From an uncultured Lentisphaeraceae bacterium (GTDB taxonomy: Bacteria > Verrucomicrobiota > Kiritimatiellia > RFP12 > UBA1067), in NCBI GenBank assembly GCA_964440985.1, contig CAYTWE010000007.1, positions 1 through 63,688 of the forward strand: DNA of 63,688 bases. The letters run 5' to 3'. The notes beneath the pieces are model-generated. The model had not been told where the DNA came from and did no database searches. It saw nothing but the letters and a program-made list of their open reading frames with translations. Positions within the stretch are counted from its first letter, which is position 1. Every line of letters begins with the position of its first letter. Position numbers and translations under genes: made by a program. Shown in pieces: positions 44,467 to 54,754 of this stretch.

Positions 44467-47400
44467 CTACCTGATGATCACCTTCATTCCCACCGGAACA
44501 ACGTCTACATGGACGGCATCGGCGGAAATCTTGAGGGAAAGCGAACGCTTGGTGAGGTCTCCGCAGTTCGTCAGCGTCCATCCGCCGAGCGCAGTACGGC
44601 TATCCGCATCCATTTCTCCGAATGAGACGAGCGTACGGCGGCAAGTCTCAGGCCGTTCGTCCTCATCATATCCGAGATCGAACACTCCGCCCTCGGCAAG
44701 CGACAGATTCGCCACGAAAAGCCCGTTGGTGTCCGCAGGATCGGAGACGATGCGCTCCGTGACGGAAAGGCTGCCGTTGACGACGCGCCCTGCGCCGGAT
44801 GCGCGTCTCACCGTGGCGGACGAATCGTTCATGTCCCACACCGCACCGCCGGAGACATGGAGGTCTAACGCCGCACTCTGCGCCGATGCAGTGTTGAGCG
44901 ACTGAATTTCATCTTCCGACAGTGCGCGGGGATATACCGCAACCTCATCCACCATCCCTCCGGGCGTCATGAATTCGCCGCCGGTGATTCCTTCGCCAAG
45001 CGTGATCATGTAGCCTGGAGGCACAAACTGTCCAGGCCCGGCAGTGTGGATGAAGTCCGTGTAGCATTCTCCGTCGAGATACATCCTGTAGTTCCGCCCG
45101 TCGGCCACCGCTATGAGATGATGCCAGGTGTCAAGCGTCGGCGAATGACCGACAACACTGTCGGGGATGGCCGTTTTGCCCCCCGCCCACAGGCTGCTGA
45201 ACCCATAGCCTCCTCCTGGAAACGCCATTGAGGACAAGGCCTTGTACGCAAGGTCAAATGAGTACCCGGGCCCCCTCGACACATCGAATTCTGCGGACAC
45301 GCGGGAACTCATTATGTTGGCGTACCTGTTCCTGAGCGTACCGGTGTAGCGAACCCATGCGGAAACCGTCCATCCGTACTGCCCGTTCATATTTACGCCT
45401 GTCTTGTAGAGGTCGTTGGTGCTGACGTAAAGCGACCCGCCCTCCACTTCGGAAGACCACCGGGCGGCCCTGCCGCACAAGGCGTTCTCATTCGTGAACG
45501 TCACAAGCGCAGTGTTTGGATGCGACTGGTGCAGACGATAGCCGTGCCCTGTCTTGTCCGAATACGGGTCTTCGCCGTCAAACGACCAGATCGCCATTGC
45601 GCCAATGGGATACGGACGGCGCAGGGTTGTGTCGAACGATGCGACGAGAGTTCCGTTGCTCACAGCAAGACCGCCAAACAGTGCGTTCTCGCGTCCTGCG
45701 AGGGTGAGCGTCCCGTCTCCAAGCTTGGAGAACACGCCGGACGCCGTTCCGGTGGGCGTGAGCGTCTGGGTTATGGTCGCATCGTATCCATCGGTATCGA
45801 CCGCGCCTCCACCGGCGCCAATCGCGAACGTCGTCACGCCGCCAAGGAAATCGGAGAGACTGCCACCGCCCTGTCCAGACACTTTAATCGTTCCACCGTC
45901 AAGGATGAATGACGCAGCCTCAGTCGGAACGCTCAAGTCTGCTTCGCCAGTGGTGGCTGGGAACGCAAGCGTTGTACCCTCCACGGTGTGCGACGAATCT
46001 GATCTGAACAAGAACGACCGGAACAGATTCTCGGGGCGAAGATCCGGGCCGTAGACGAAGTTGCCGACCGTCGGGAAAAGCGTGTAGCCCGACTCGGTGT
46101 ACGGCCATGTCGGCGACCAGTCGCCCGTGAAGCGGATGGCATTGGATCTGTCAGTCGCAAGATACAGCGTGTTGCTGTAGCCCGAATAGACGTCAGGCGC
46201 ACCCGAAATGGTGATATTCCCCGCTCCATTCGCAAGTTTCAGCGTCGCATCACCGGTCAGCCTTATGCCTCCGTCTCCCAAAACCTTGTCCTGCTCACCG
46301 ACATAGGTGAACTCGCCTTTGCCGCCGATGCGCTCCGCGTCATCGCCGAACGAGACGGAATCTGTGACGTTGACCTCCGGATCTTCGCTTGGCGGGAACT
46401 GAGGCTGCGCCGGGGCGTCGCCATCCGCGACAGTGAGGACGAGTTCGCCATCCCTCACGGAGAACGTGCAGCTCTTTCCGGCAACCGGCTTGCGGACTGC
46501 ACACAGCGCGACGATGTCCGCCGGCATGCCGGGCGCGGTGACGAGCGTACGCTCCCCGTCGGCGACGGCTACGTCAAAGACGAGCAATCCGTCAATCAGT
46601 GGTGCAGCGCCGAGTGAAAGGCTCTGTCCTGACTGAAGCGTCACGATTCCGCTTTTAGAGGAAAGCGATGAGAGCGACAGCGTTGTGCCGCCGAACGCAA
46701 GCACGGAAGCCGGACGCAGATCGACCGCACCGCTGAAAAGCGATGCGTCCGACACGGCAAACGTGCCGTTCTTCACTACCATCCGCATGGCATTCGTCGC
46801 CGCCACCGAAAGCGTGAGCTTGCCGGAACCGAGTTTCACGAAATCGCCGGAAACCCCTCCTTCGTCATTGCCGCGTATCTCGACGGCGTTCCACGTCCTG
46901 TCGAATTCACGTGTGTCAAGCGTGAAGCCACCCTGCCGCAGATGCACGCGGATGCGATCTGAATCGCTCGCATAGTCGCCGCCCTTACCTACCAAAAACA
47001 GGTCGCCGGATGACATTGACCTCAGCGTCGATCCATCGAGATAAACGTATGTGAGGCAATCCTTCTTGTGAAGCAACGTCCAATCCTCAAATCTCCCGAT
47101 GAACAACTCTCCGCCCGCCAGGTTCAAGGAGCTTGGCGATGTCCTGTTGTAATCCGACACGCCACTCCCTGTAACGGTGAGTTTCAGGATTCCGCCGCAG
47201 GCGCTGTACTCATTCCCGCAGCGCAGCTGGCCGCCGTCGTACAGGTTGAGCGCCATGGTGCCGTTCTCGCAGAAATCGCTGCTGGAGCCGGTCCGGAACC
47301 ACATTACGCCCCCGTCGTATATGTTTATGACGGCTGGCGCATTGTTTGCAAAACGCATTCCCGCTGCGCCGGTATCCAAAATGCCCTTCGACCGAATGTT

Positions 47401-48276
47401 GAACACGGTGGCTCCAGACATCGCTGAATCCTGTCCGACATACGAGATCTCGCCGTTTATGAGCTTGCCGTCCTCTATGTCAACCGTGCATTGCCGGTAC
47501 AGGCTACCGCCGCACCACGTGTGGAGCGTGGCGCCGTTGCTGATCACGATGTGTGCATTTTTCTCTAATCTCACGGACGGAACGTACACATCCGATGCGA
47601 TGACGGTCGTTCCCGTGCCGGAAAAGGCGCAATGGCAGTACTTGTAATTCTTCCAGTCTGAATTTGTCTTGTCGATGTTCATCCCGCCGCGAATGAACAC
47701 CTTCCCGTTATTGATGAAGTGGAAAGTCTTGTTCGTCGCGTCGTCCCCGAAATACGTGAGCATTCCGTCAAGTTCGAGGGCGTGCATGTGCTTTGCGATG
47801 ATTTGCATCTCGGGAACGGCCGAGCGGATGACGTTCTCTACCCGCGTAGTGACAATTGCCGTTCCGTTGTTCACGGCGCTTTCGACGCTGGCATTGATGA
47901 AGCTGTGGTCGAAAAGAGTAAGTCCGGAGGCGCCAAGATTGAGAGGGTTGCCGGAGATGGCGTTGCTGTATCCAAGTCCGGTAAACTCTATTCCGCGCAT
48001 CATGTAGTCGTCCGCAAAATCGTTGACCGCAGACTGGCCGTACATCCATGCGCGGACTATCGTATCGTCAAAGCTTGAAGAGGGAAGCCCCTTATCCGCC
48101 CAGTTCCAGTTGTTCGTGTCGGAGAAATGCACACCGTCACCATACGGCTGACTTCCCCAATGCCCGCTCGTACCGAAAGCGAACGTATCCATCGCACCGT
48201 AAATCTGTCCGCAAAGACAACAGGAAACCGTTGTAAGAACGCAAAAAGAAAAACCAGCAATTCCTTTCATGTGCAC
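44467..48276 (-). CDS. Large secreted/surface protein with autotransporter-associated beta-strand repeats and a LamG-like domain
   Basis: Signal peptide; FVKLGSGKLTL and FSKLGDGTLTL repeats; LamG motifs WTVSAWV, WHHL and VDEVAVYPRALS; ends VVPVGMKVIIR. Confidence 0.8.
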   Translation of the reverse strand: MHMKGIAGFSFCVLTTVSCCLCGQIYGAMDTFAFGTSGHWGSQPYGDGVHFSDTNNWNWADKGLPSSSFDDTIVRAWMYGQSAVNDFADDYMMRGIEFTGLGYSNAISGNPLNLGASGLTLFDHSFINASVESAVNNGTAIVTTRVENVIRSAVPEMQIIAKHMHALELDGMLTYFGDDATNKTFHFINNGKVFIRGGMNIDKTNSDWKNYKYCHCAFSGTGTTVIASDVYVPSVRLEKNAHIVISNGATLHTWCGGSLYRQCTVDIEDGKLINGEISYVGQDSAMSGATVFNIRSKGILDTGAAGMRFANNAPAVINIYDGGVMWFRTGSSSDFCENGTMALNLYDGGQLRCGNEYSACGGILKLTVTGSGVSDYNRTSPSSLNLAGGELFIGRFEDWTLLHKKDCLTYVYLDGSTLRSMSSGDLFLVGKGGDYASDSDRIRVHLRQGGFTLDTREFDRTWNAVEIRGNDEGGVSGDFVKLGSGKLTLSVAATNAMRMVVKNGTFAVSDASLFSGAVDLRPASVLAFGGTTLSLSSLSSKSGIVTLQSGQSLSLGAAPLIDGLLVFDVAVADGERTLVTAPGMPADIVALCAVRKPVAGKSCTFSVRDGELVLTVADGDAPAQPQFPPSEDPEVNVTDSVSFGDDAERIGGKGEFTYVGEQDKVLGDGGIRLTGDATLKLANGAGNITISGAPDVYSGYSNTLYLATDRSNAIRFTGDWSPTWPYTESGYTLFPTVGNFVYGPDLRPENLFRSFLFRSDSSHTVEGTTLAFPATTGEADLSVPTEAASFILDGGTIKVSGQGGGSLSDFLGGVTTFAIGAGGGAVDTDGYDATITQTLTPTGTASGVFSKLGDGTLTLAGRENALFGGLAVSNGTLVASFDTTLRRPYPIGAMAIWSFDGEDPYSDKTGHGYRLHQSHPNTALVTFTNENALCGRAARWSSEVEGGSLYVSTNDLYKTGVNMNGQYGWTVSAWVRYTGTLRNRYANIMSSRVSAEFDVSRGPGYSFDLAYKALSSMAFPGGGYGFSSLWAGGKTAIPDSVVGHSPTLDTWHHLIAVADGRNYRMYLDGECYTDFIHTAGPGQFVPPGYMITLGEGITGGEFMTPGGMVDEVAVYPRALSEDEIQSLNTASAQSAALDLHVSGGAVWDMNDSSATVRRASGAGRVVNGSLSVTERIVSDPADTNGLFVANLSLAEGGVFDLGYDEDERPETCRRTLVSFGEMDADSRTALGGWTLTNCGDLTKRSLSLKISADAVHVDVVPVGMKVIIR

Positions 48277-48385
48277 ACCGCTCCTTTCATGCGTTGGCCG
48301 CAGTTGTTAGGTATGGGGTGGATTATACAACAGAAGGTTTTTTTTTTCTACAGGTAATTTGTTTTTTTTTTCAATATGAACCGCA

Positions 48386-49732
48386 TCAAAAACGCGGCAG
48401 CTTGGCTATGGAATCCTCCATCCCGCCGGGGCGGTTTCGCAGCAGCCATATGCGGCGGTGTTCCTCCCGCAATGCGCCGAGACGGCGGTCATCGCGGCGA
48501 TGGCAGGCGGCATCGACAAGATTCGCCATGTATACGATCTCCTCAGCCCACATTGCACCCGTCCCGTAGATTGTCGGCGACGCAAACGCCGCCGCAGTGT
48601 GACGGCATCCCTCTGCGACAGCCGATATCTCTGCAAGAACGGAATCGGTGAGATTCGGATGCCGCGAATATCCCCTGTCGTTGGAAAGTATGCGAAACAG
48701 TTCGCTCGCATTCGCTCGCAGCGCACCGCCGCGCAGATACAGCGTTCCAAGGCGCAGAAGCGTTCCGCCGAGCGGCACACCCATCACGGTGTCGAGCGCC
48801 TCTTCCAGATCCATCCTGTTCGCCTTTGCTCCATACTCGGCGAACCATCCGCCAAGCACAAGCCCCGGCAACGACGCCGCAAGCGGCTGCCAGTGTCCGC
48901 CATCCCCCCAGTCCGCAACAAGAAAGCCCTTCGCCCCGTTCATGCGGCCTGCCGCCTCGGCCGCCGCCATGTTCTCGCGCATATTCTCGACGCGGCCGGC
49001 AAGCGAGTTCCACGCGCTCGTTCCCGGACAGACGTAGAAGTCAAGCCCAGCCGCCTTGAATCTGGCAGCCTCTTCAGCGAACGGATGGTTGCCCTCGTAT
49101 CCCCAATCGAGCGCTATAAGATCGCGTGGAAGCCGTTCTACAAGTTCAGGACGCTTAAGTATCATGTCGCCCCAGAACATAGGACGGTGCCCGCGTTCGC
49201 GGACAAGTTCGCAGACCTTCAGCAGAAATTCGAGGTACGTCTCCGGATCAGCGATCTCGAACGTCTCGTCGCATCCGATGTTGAAGAGCCGTGAACTGAA
49301 GCACGGCAGAAGCTCATCGTAGAGTCCGGCAAGGAACTCTATGGATTCCGGAAGCGCAGGGTTGAGCGTGGTGGGGAACTTCTTGACCGTCCCCCACGGC
49401 GTGACGGCGCCGCCGTTCGGCATCGCGGCAAGATGGTTGTACTCCGGCAGCTGCAGCCAGCGTTCAAGATGTCCAAACGAATTCTGGTTCGGCACCAGCT
49501 CGATGTCGTTCATCCGGCAGTAGCAATCAAGTTCACGCATCTCAGCGGGCGTGAGCGGAGAGGCGTTCCGCCACACCGCCTCGTGGCGCGAATACCGGAA
49601 TGTGTGTTCGGTGTAGAGCTGAAGCTGGTTGTAGTTGCAGACCTTGAGCAGATCAACGATCTGCCTGAGCGTGGACATGGTAGGCACCTTATCACGACTC
49701 ACGTCAAGCATGTATCCGCGTGTCTCGAACAT
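48386..49732 (-). CDS. Cytoplasmic GH20-family hexosaminidase-like protein
   Basis: RGYMLDVSRDKVP, QLQLYTEHTF, PNQNSFGH and NIGCDE motifs; no signal peptide. Confidence 0.85.
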   Translation of the reverse strand: MFETRGYMLDVSRDKVPTMSTLRQIVDLLKVCNYNQLQLYTEHTFRYSRHEAVWRNASPLTPAEMRELDCYCRMNDIELVPNQNSFGHLERWLQLPEYNHLAAMPNGGAVTPWGTVKKFPTTLNPALPESIEFLAGLYDELLPCFSSRLFNIGCDETFEIADPETYLEFLLKVCELVRERGHRPMFWGDMILKRPELVERLPRDLIALDWGYEGNHPFAEEAARFKAAGLDFYVCPGTSAWNSLAGRVENMRENMAAAEAAGRMNGAKGFLVADWGDGGHWQPLAASLPGLVLGGWFAEYGAKANRMDLEEALDTVMGVPLGGTLLRLGTLYLRGGALRANASELFRILSNDRGYSRHPNLTDSVLAEISAVAEGCRHTAAAFASPTIYGTGAMWAEEIVYMANLVDAACHRRDDRRLGALREEHRRIWLLRNRPGGMEDSIAKLPRF

Positions 49733-49741
49733 TACGGTCTC

Positions 49742-50599
49742 CTATGCAGACGGCAAAGTGCGACAGTTGCCGGACGCACCGAGCGGATTCGCGGCGGAAG
49801 ACAGAAGCCGACCGAAATCGCAGTCGAAATCGCGTATGTTGCCGCACGGTCTCTGCACAAATCCGCAGGTCTGCAGATTGCCGGTGTGCGAAAGGAACGC
49901 GAACCCTCTACCGCCGATGCAGGTGCCGGCCTGCGGACAGCACGTCAGTTTCGTCCTTTTTCCCTTCGCCCACCCGATCACGTCCGCCACCTCCGCAGCG
50001 TCCGGAACGAGTGAATCGATCACCAAGCCGCGTCCGGTCGGCACAAGAAAGAAAAGATCGAGGCGCATTGCCCCCTCGGACATCGCCCTCGCGTATATCG
50101 CATCAAGCGTGGAGAGCATCCCTTTCCGTACGACGGTGTTCACCTGGAACGGCATCCCGACCGTTCGCGCCGCAGCCATCGCGCCAAGTGCGATCTCCCA
50201 TGCGCCGTCAATGCCGCGAAATGTGTCGTGGGTGGATTTGTCCGCACCATCAAGCGAAAACGAACACGCCATCACACCGGCAGCCTTCAGTTCCTCAAGC
50301 CGTTCAACCGTGACAAGTGCGCCGCACGGCGCAAGCACGCTCCTGATTCCGAGCGATGTGGCGTGGCTGACAAGCTCCGGCAGATCGTGGCGCGTCATCG
50401 GTTCGCCGCCTGTCCATATTATCATTGGACGGATCTGAGCGAGCGAATCGATCACACTGCGGCACTCTTCGGCGTCAAGTTCACCGTCGTATGCGGCATC
50501 CAAGGCAGAAGCGCGGCAGTGCCGACATTTCATCGGACACCGCCGCGTCACCTCCCATGCCAGCACACGCGGGCTGGCGAAGTTCGGCCTTTCAGCCAT
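49742..50599 (-). CDS. Radical SAM protein (AhbD/NirJ-like, shortened)
   Basis: AWEVTRRCPMKCRHCRA, TGGEP, SLDG..HDTFRG, FFLVPTGRG and partial SPASM CIGGRGFAF..H.G..QTCG. Confidence 0.8.
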   Translation of the reverse strand: MAERPNFASPRVLAWEVTRRCPMKCRHCRASALDAAYDGELDAEECRSVIDSLAQIRPMIIWTGGEPMTRHDLPELVSHATSLGIRSVLAPCGALVTVERLEELKAAGVMACSFSLDGADKSTHDTFRGIDGAWEIALGAMAAARTVGMPFQVNTVVRKGMLSTLDAIYARAMSEGAMRLDLFFLVPTGRGLVIDSLVPDAAEVADVIGWAKGKRTKLTCCPQAGTCIGGRGFAFLSHTGNLQTCGFVQRPCGNIRDFDCDFGRLLSSAANPLGASGNCRTLPSA

Positions 50600-51132
50600 C
50601 AGTAGTTGTCGGCCTCAAGCTGGAAGTACGCCTGCTTGTGGAAGCACACTGGACAGACGTCAGGAGCCTTCTCGCCCTCGACTATTGCGCCGCAGTTGCG
50701 GCACTGCCAGCGGGTCGGCCCCACGCGCACCCACACCTCGCCGCTTTCGATGTTTGAAAGCAGCTTTTTGTAGCGCTCTTCGTGGTGCTTCTCAACTCCG
50801 GCCACGCCCTCGAACTGCTTGGCAATCGCCTCAAAGCCCTCTGCACGGGCCTCCTCCGCGAACTTGCGGTACATCTCGGTCCATTCTTCGTGTTCACCCG
50901 CCGCTGCGGCGGCAAGGTTCTTCACTGTATCGCCGATGCCGCCGAGGTGCTTGAACCACAGCTTGGCGTGTTCCTTCTCGTTGAGCGCCGTCTCCTGGAA
51001 GAACGCCGCAATCTGCTCGTACCCTTCCTTCTTCGCCACGGAAGCGAAATAGTCGTACTTGTTGCGCGCCTGCGACTCGCCGGCGAATGCGAATGCGAGA
51101 TTCTTCTCTGTCTTTGAACCTTTGAGTTCCAT
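50599..51132 (-). CDS. rbr: Rubrerythrin
   Basis: [23 protein letters not shown], and C-terminal CRNCG/CPVC. Confidence 0.95.
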   Translation of the reverse strand: MELKGSKTEKNLAFAFAGESQARNKYDYFASVAKKEGYEQIAAFFQETALNEKEHAKLWFKHLGGIGDTVKNLAAAAAGEHEEWTEMYRKFAEEARAEGFEAIAKQFEGVAGVEKHHEERYKKLLSNIESGEVWVRVGPTRWQCRNCGAIVEGEKAPDVCPVCFHKQAYFQLEADNY

Positions 51133-51183
51133 TTTGTGTTTCCCTCCTTTTATGTCTTATGTTTTCCTTGCATCAGCCTGCAA

Positions 51184-51321
51184 TCAGGCCTCCTCAAACT
51201 GATCCTTGCCAACGCCGCAGATCGGACAGGTCCAATCCTCCGGCAGTTCCTCGAAAGGAACGTTGTTGTTTTCTGCGGGATCATATACGTACCCGCACAC
51301 CTTGCACACGTATTTCTTCAT
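51184..51321 (-). CDS. Rubredoxin (45 aa)
   Basis: [10 protein letters not shown]...[11 protein letters not shown]; SD AGGAGG. Confidence 0.95.
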   Translation of the reverse strand: MKKYVCKVCGYVYDPAENNNVPFEELPEDWTCPICGVGKDQFEEA

Positions 51322-51356
51322 GCACGCCTCCTGTTCTATTTGTCTGTTGAGTCGGT

Positions 51357-51385
51357 AAGATATCAATTCCCGATTCCAAGGTCAA
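51357..51385 (-). promoter_or_regulatory. Sigma70 promoter of the rubredoxin-rbr operon
   Basis: TTGACC-17 nt-TATCTT with extended TG. Confidence 0.75.
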
Positions 51386-51410
51386 GCGCATTCTGATATA
51401 CTTGTGCGCC

Positions 51411-52343
51411 ATGGACAAGACAAGGATTAAAGCGTGGTTTCTGCTGTTCAGGCCCTGGAGCTACACGGCGACGGTGGTTCCTTTCGCCGTCGCGCTCGCC
51501 ATTGCGGAACCGTCTCACGGAATCGGAAGATGGTGGATCGGGCTTGCATCGGCCCTGCTGTTCCAGGCCACCGTGAATCTGCTGAACACCTGGGGGGATG
51601 AGCGATCCGGCGTGGACGACGCGCCGGGCGCGATACGCACCACGCCGCAGATACATGACGGCATTGTATCCATGCGTTCGCTGCTTGCCGTCGCGCTCTC
51701 ATGCTCCGCCGCCGCAAGTCTGCTGGGACTGTCACTCTACGTCTACCGGGACGGCGCCGAATGGCGGTTCTGCACTCCGCTTCTTGCGGCTGGACTCGCA
51801 GGGATGCTTGGTTCGATGAACTACTCGACAGGCGTAAAGTTCAAGTACATTGGTCTTGGTGTGCCGTTCGTGGCGCTTCTGATGGGACCGATAGAGCTGT
51901 TCGCCGCACTGTGCATCCTGCGTCCGGCGGACGCTGCTTCGTTTGTCACGCCGCTCACCGCCATGATATCTGTCCCCGTCGCACTTCTCGTGTGTGTGAT
52001 AATGCACGGAAACGACATGCGCGACATCCCCACCGACCGTCTGGCAGGAATAAGGACAACCGCCACCATTCTCGGCCCGAAGGGTTCGCTCATCCTGTAT
52101 TGGGTGTGCCACCTCGTGCCGTACACCGTATGCGCGATGATGGTCTGCCGCTATGGGCGCATCTTCCTGCTGCCGTTCATGGCCCTTCCGCTTACGCGCC
52201 GCACACTCGTCGCGGCGACTCGCACGTATTTCGCCAATCCGGCAGATCCGCCGTGGCGTCGGCTTGAACGCGTATCCGGCGGAATACACCTCGCATTCGG
52301 CCTGCTGTACGCCATGGCGCTGTACGCAGGCCTCCGCCAATAG
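51411..52343 (+). CDS. menA: UbiA-family prenyltransferase (MenA-like)
   Basis: RPWSY, NLLNTWGDERSGVD, FKYIGLG and NDMRDIPTDRLAGIRT motifs. Confidence 0.8.
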   Translation: MDKTRIKAWFLLFRPWSYTATVVPFAVALAIAEPSHGIGRWWIGLASALLFQATVNLLNTWGDERSGVDDAPGAIRTTPQIHDGIVSMRSLLAVALSCSAAASLLGLSLYVYRDGAEWRFCTPLLAAGLAGMLGSMNYSTGVKFKYIGLGVPFVALLMGPIELFAALCILRPADAASFVTPLTAMISVPVALLVCVIMHGNDMRDIPTDRLAGIRTTATILGPKGSLILYWVCHLVPYTVCAMMVCRYGRIFLLPFMALPLTRRTLVAATRTYFANPADPPWRRLERVSGGIHLAFGLLYAMALYAGLRQ

Positions 52344-52431
52344 CCAAATTGCGACCGCCGTCCGTGGCGTTTCGGGCCGAGTCCCGCCGTCCATCAAACG
52401 GGGCAATCGCGCACAGGCCCCATCGGGAGGG

Positions 52432-52989
52432 TCACTTGAACGAAGCGGCAACGATGACGTCGGAGAGGACGATGTCGTGAGGTTCGGACGGCACCGCTTC
52501 CACAACCTGGAACGGATATGCGACGCCAAGAAATACGGAGGACGGATCGGCGGACGAGAGCAGCCTGTCGTACCATCCGCCGCCGTAGCCCAGCCGTCCT
52601 CCGTCGCTCGTAAACGCAAGACCGGGGACAATCCATACCTTCGGCGCAGGTGCAGATCCGCGAATCTCCGGCTCAAGTATGCCCATCGGGCCCGCAACAA
52701 GGCGTCCGTCCCTGCAATGCAGCGCAAGCTCGTAATTCTCGCCGTTCCACGCCGGCGCAAGCACAGGACATCCCGCAGACCAAAGATGCTCTATCAGCAA
52801 GGTCAAATCAAGTTCCTGCGGCGAAGCGAGATATACGGCGAACGGATGCCTCGCCGCCACAGCCGCCTTGACGTCCGGACGAGACAGGATGCGTTCGCAC
52901 ACGTCAGCCGATGCGGCGGCTCGGTCGGACGCAGACACGCTGCGGCGCTGCGCCCTCATCCTTTTGCGCATTTCGTTTTTGCCGTCCAT
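52432..52989 (-). CDS. 5-formyltetrahydrofolate cyclo-ligase
   Basis: K..MRK.MR, GILEP, VPGLAF...GGRLGYGGGWYDR and EPHD motifs. Confidence 0.92.
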   Translation of the reverse strand: MDGKNEMRKRMRAQRRSVSASDRAAASADVCERILSRPDVKAAVAARHPFAVYLASPQELDLTLLIEHLWSAGCPVLAPAWNGENYELALHCRDGRLVAGPMGILEPEIRGSAPAPKVWIVPGLAFTSDGGRLGYGGGWYDRLLSSADPSSVFLGVAYPFQVVEAVPSEPHDIVLSDVIVAASFK

Positions 52990-53002
52990 CTCTTCACGCC
53001 CG

Positions 53003-54754
53003 CTACGCATGATCCTTGCCGATGAACTCGCACGGCGCCTTCGCAGCGCACAGTCCGCGCATGAACTGGATGCCGTACCAGACGTGTGAAAGGAACACTC
53101 CAATCTCCGTGACGAGCCAACATAGCGGATTGAACGAGAACGTCGATGCCGCCGTCGCCGCAATGTAGAAGAAGAGGGGGGACGCCGCGACCGCCGCCAA
53201 CGGGCCGAGCGCACCGCCGCCGATGAAATTGCGGCAAGCAAACAGGGCGGCAAGCAAAACGAGATAGAACACAAACAGCGTCGGGATGAAGTACGAAAGC
53301 CGGCAGCTTGTCGCCGGAAAGCGCTTCACGAAATATCCGCGATGGAATCCGTAGCGGCCGAGCTGACGCAGGTGAGCCGCGAACAGCGGACGACGGTGGT
53401 GGTAGACAAGCGTCCATGGATCGTAGACGATGCGTCTCTTCACCTTCCGCACGATGTCCTCGCAGAGCAGGGTATCCTCGCCGGGCCAGAAGTCGGTTCT
53501 GTATCCGCCGATCGCCTCCAGCACATCCCTGCGCACGAACAGGTTGCAGCTGGGATAGTCGTCGATGTCCCTGCGCACCCGCCCGCCAATGTAGCGGTAT
53601 CGGTAGTTCCCCGAGACAAACAGGTTCTCGTATACGCGGCCGCCGCATTTTGCCCAGAAGCCGTCGCCGGGCGGTGTGACGCCAGGCCCGCCGAGAGCGG
53701 CTATGGTCGGTTCGCCAAAGTATTTCACGGCGTTCTCAAGCCAATGCTCGTCCGGATATGCGTCATCGTCTATGAACGCCACGATGTCGCCCTTCGCCGC
53801 CTCAATGCCAAGGTTGCGCTTCTCCGCAGGGCGCACCTTCCCGGTGGAGATGACCTTGACGCCGCTGCGCGGCTGCCCGGACTGCGGAGCGTCAGGCAGC
53901 ACTATCACCTCGAAATGCCGGTATGTCTGCCTGTCCATCGCCGAAAGACATTCATCCAGCATCCACGACCAGTTTGGGCAGGCGATGACCACACTCACCA
54001 GGGGATTGCGTTCGAGCGGCGGCGGCACTTCTACGTGCGCATAGTAGTTGAGAAGACGAAGCCGATAAAACACTGCGAGGGAGTCCGACGCCATCTGCCA
54101 GACCGTAGACGGACGCAGGCATCCAAACCGTTCTCCGAACCTGATCGTGACTGGAGCCTCGGCGATTCTGGCGCCGCGCCCGTACGCAATTGCGAGAAGC
54201 TCAAGGTCGAACGCATACGTCTTCACAAGCATCCGATCGAGAGCGTCGCCAAGCACGGACCGCCGGAAAAGCTTCATCCCCGTCTGCGTATCTGTGATCG
54301 GCAGACCGATGAAAAGCCTGACAAGCCAAAAATACACCGCACTTGCGATTCGCCTGTGCCACGGATACTGCACCTGCGATCTCGGATGCCTCTTCGATCC
54401 GATCACGATGTCTGCGTTTTCGCGTTCCATCGTCTGAAGGAACTCCGGAAGTCCATCCGGAAGTATGTCAAGATCTCCGTCAATAAGCAGCACCAGTTCG
54501 CCTTCACTCGCCCTGAAGCCAGCCTTGAGGGCATTGCCCTTCCCGCCGTTCCTGTCCAGGATGACCGGACGGCGGCATCCGCCAGAGGCGGCCCACTTGC
54601 GCAGAATGTCAGCGGTTCCGTCCGTTGAGCCGTCATCAACCGGCACAATCTCAAAGGACAGTCCGGTGCGTTCAAGCACCGACTCAACCGTGTCGAGATT
54701 CTCCCGGATGCGTCCCGCGAGATTGAACGCCGGCAATATGACAGACAGCCTCAC
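53003..54754 (-). CDS. Double-domain GT2 glycosyltransferase
   Basis: Domain 1: SVILPAFN, VDDGSTDGT, DGD, DTQTG (DPM1-like). Domain 2: SVVI, FIDDD, GED plus TM segments. GTG start overlaps the upstream stop. Confidence 0.88.
   Translation of the reverse strand: MRLSVILPAFNLAGRIRENLDTVESVLERTGLSFEIVPVDDGSTDGTADILRKWAASGGCRRPVILDRNGGKGNALKAGFRASEGELVLLIDGDLDILPDGLPEFLQTMERENADIVIGSKRHPRSQVQYPWHRRIASAVYFWLVRLFIGLPITDTQTGMKLFRRSVLGDALDRMLVKTYAFDLELLAIAYGRGARIAEAPVTIRFGERFGCLRPSTVWQMASDSLAVFYRLRLLNYYAHVEVPPPLERNPLVSVVIACPNWSWMLDECLSAMDRQTYRHFEVIVLPDAPQSGQPRSGVKVISTGKVRPAEKRNLGIEAAKGDIVAFIDDDAYPDEHWLENAVKYFGEPTIAALGGPGVTPPGDGFWAKCGGRVYENLFVSGNYRYRYIGGRVRRDIDDYPSCNLFVRRDVLEAIGGYRTDFWPGEDTLLCEDIVRKVKRRIVYDPWTLVYHHRRPLFAAHLRQLGRYGFHRGYFVKRFPATSCRLSYFIPTLFVFYLVLLAALFACRNFIGGGALGPLAAVAASPLFFYIAATAASTFSFNPLCWLVTEIGVFLSHVWYGIQFMRGLCAAKAPCEFIGKDHA

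Noticed and set aside
52989-53003. 6S RNA upstream of the 5-formyl-THF cyclo-ligase (common synteny)
   Set aside because: Only 13 bp separate this gene from the upstream glycosyltransferase.
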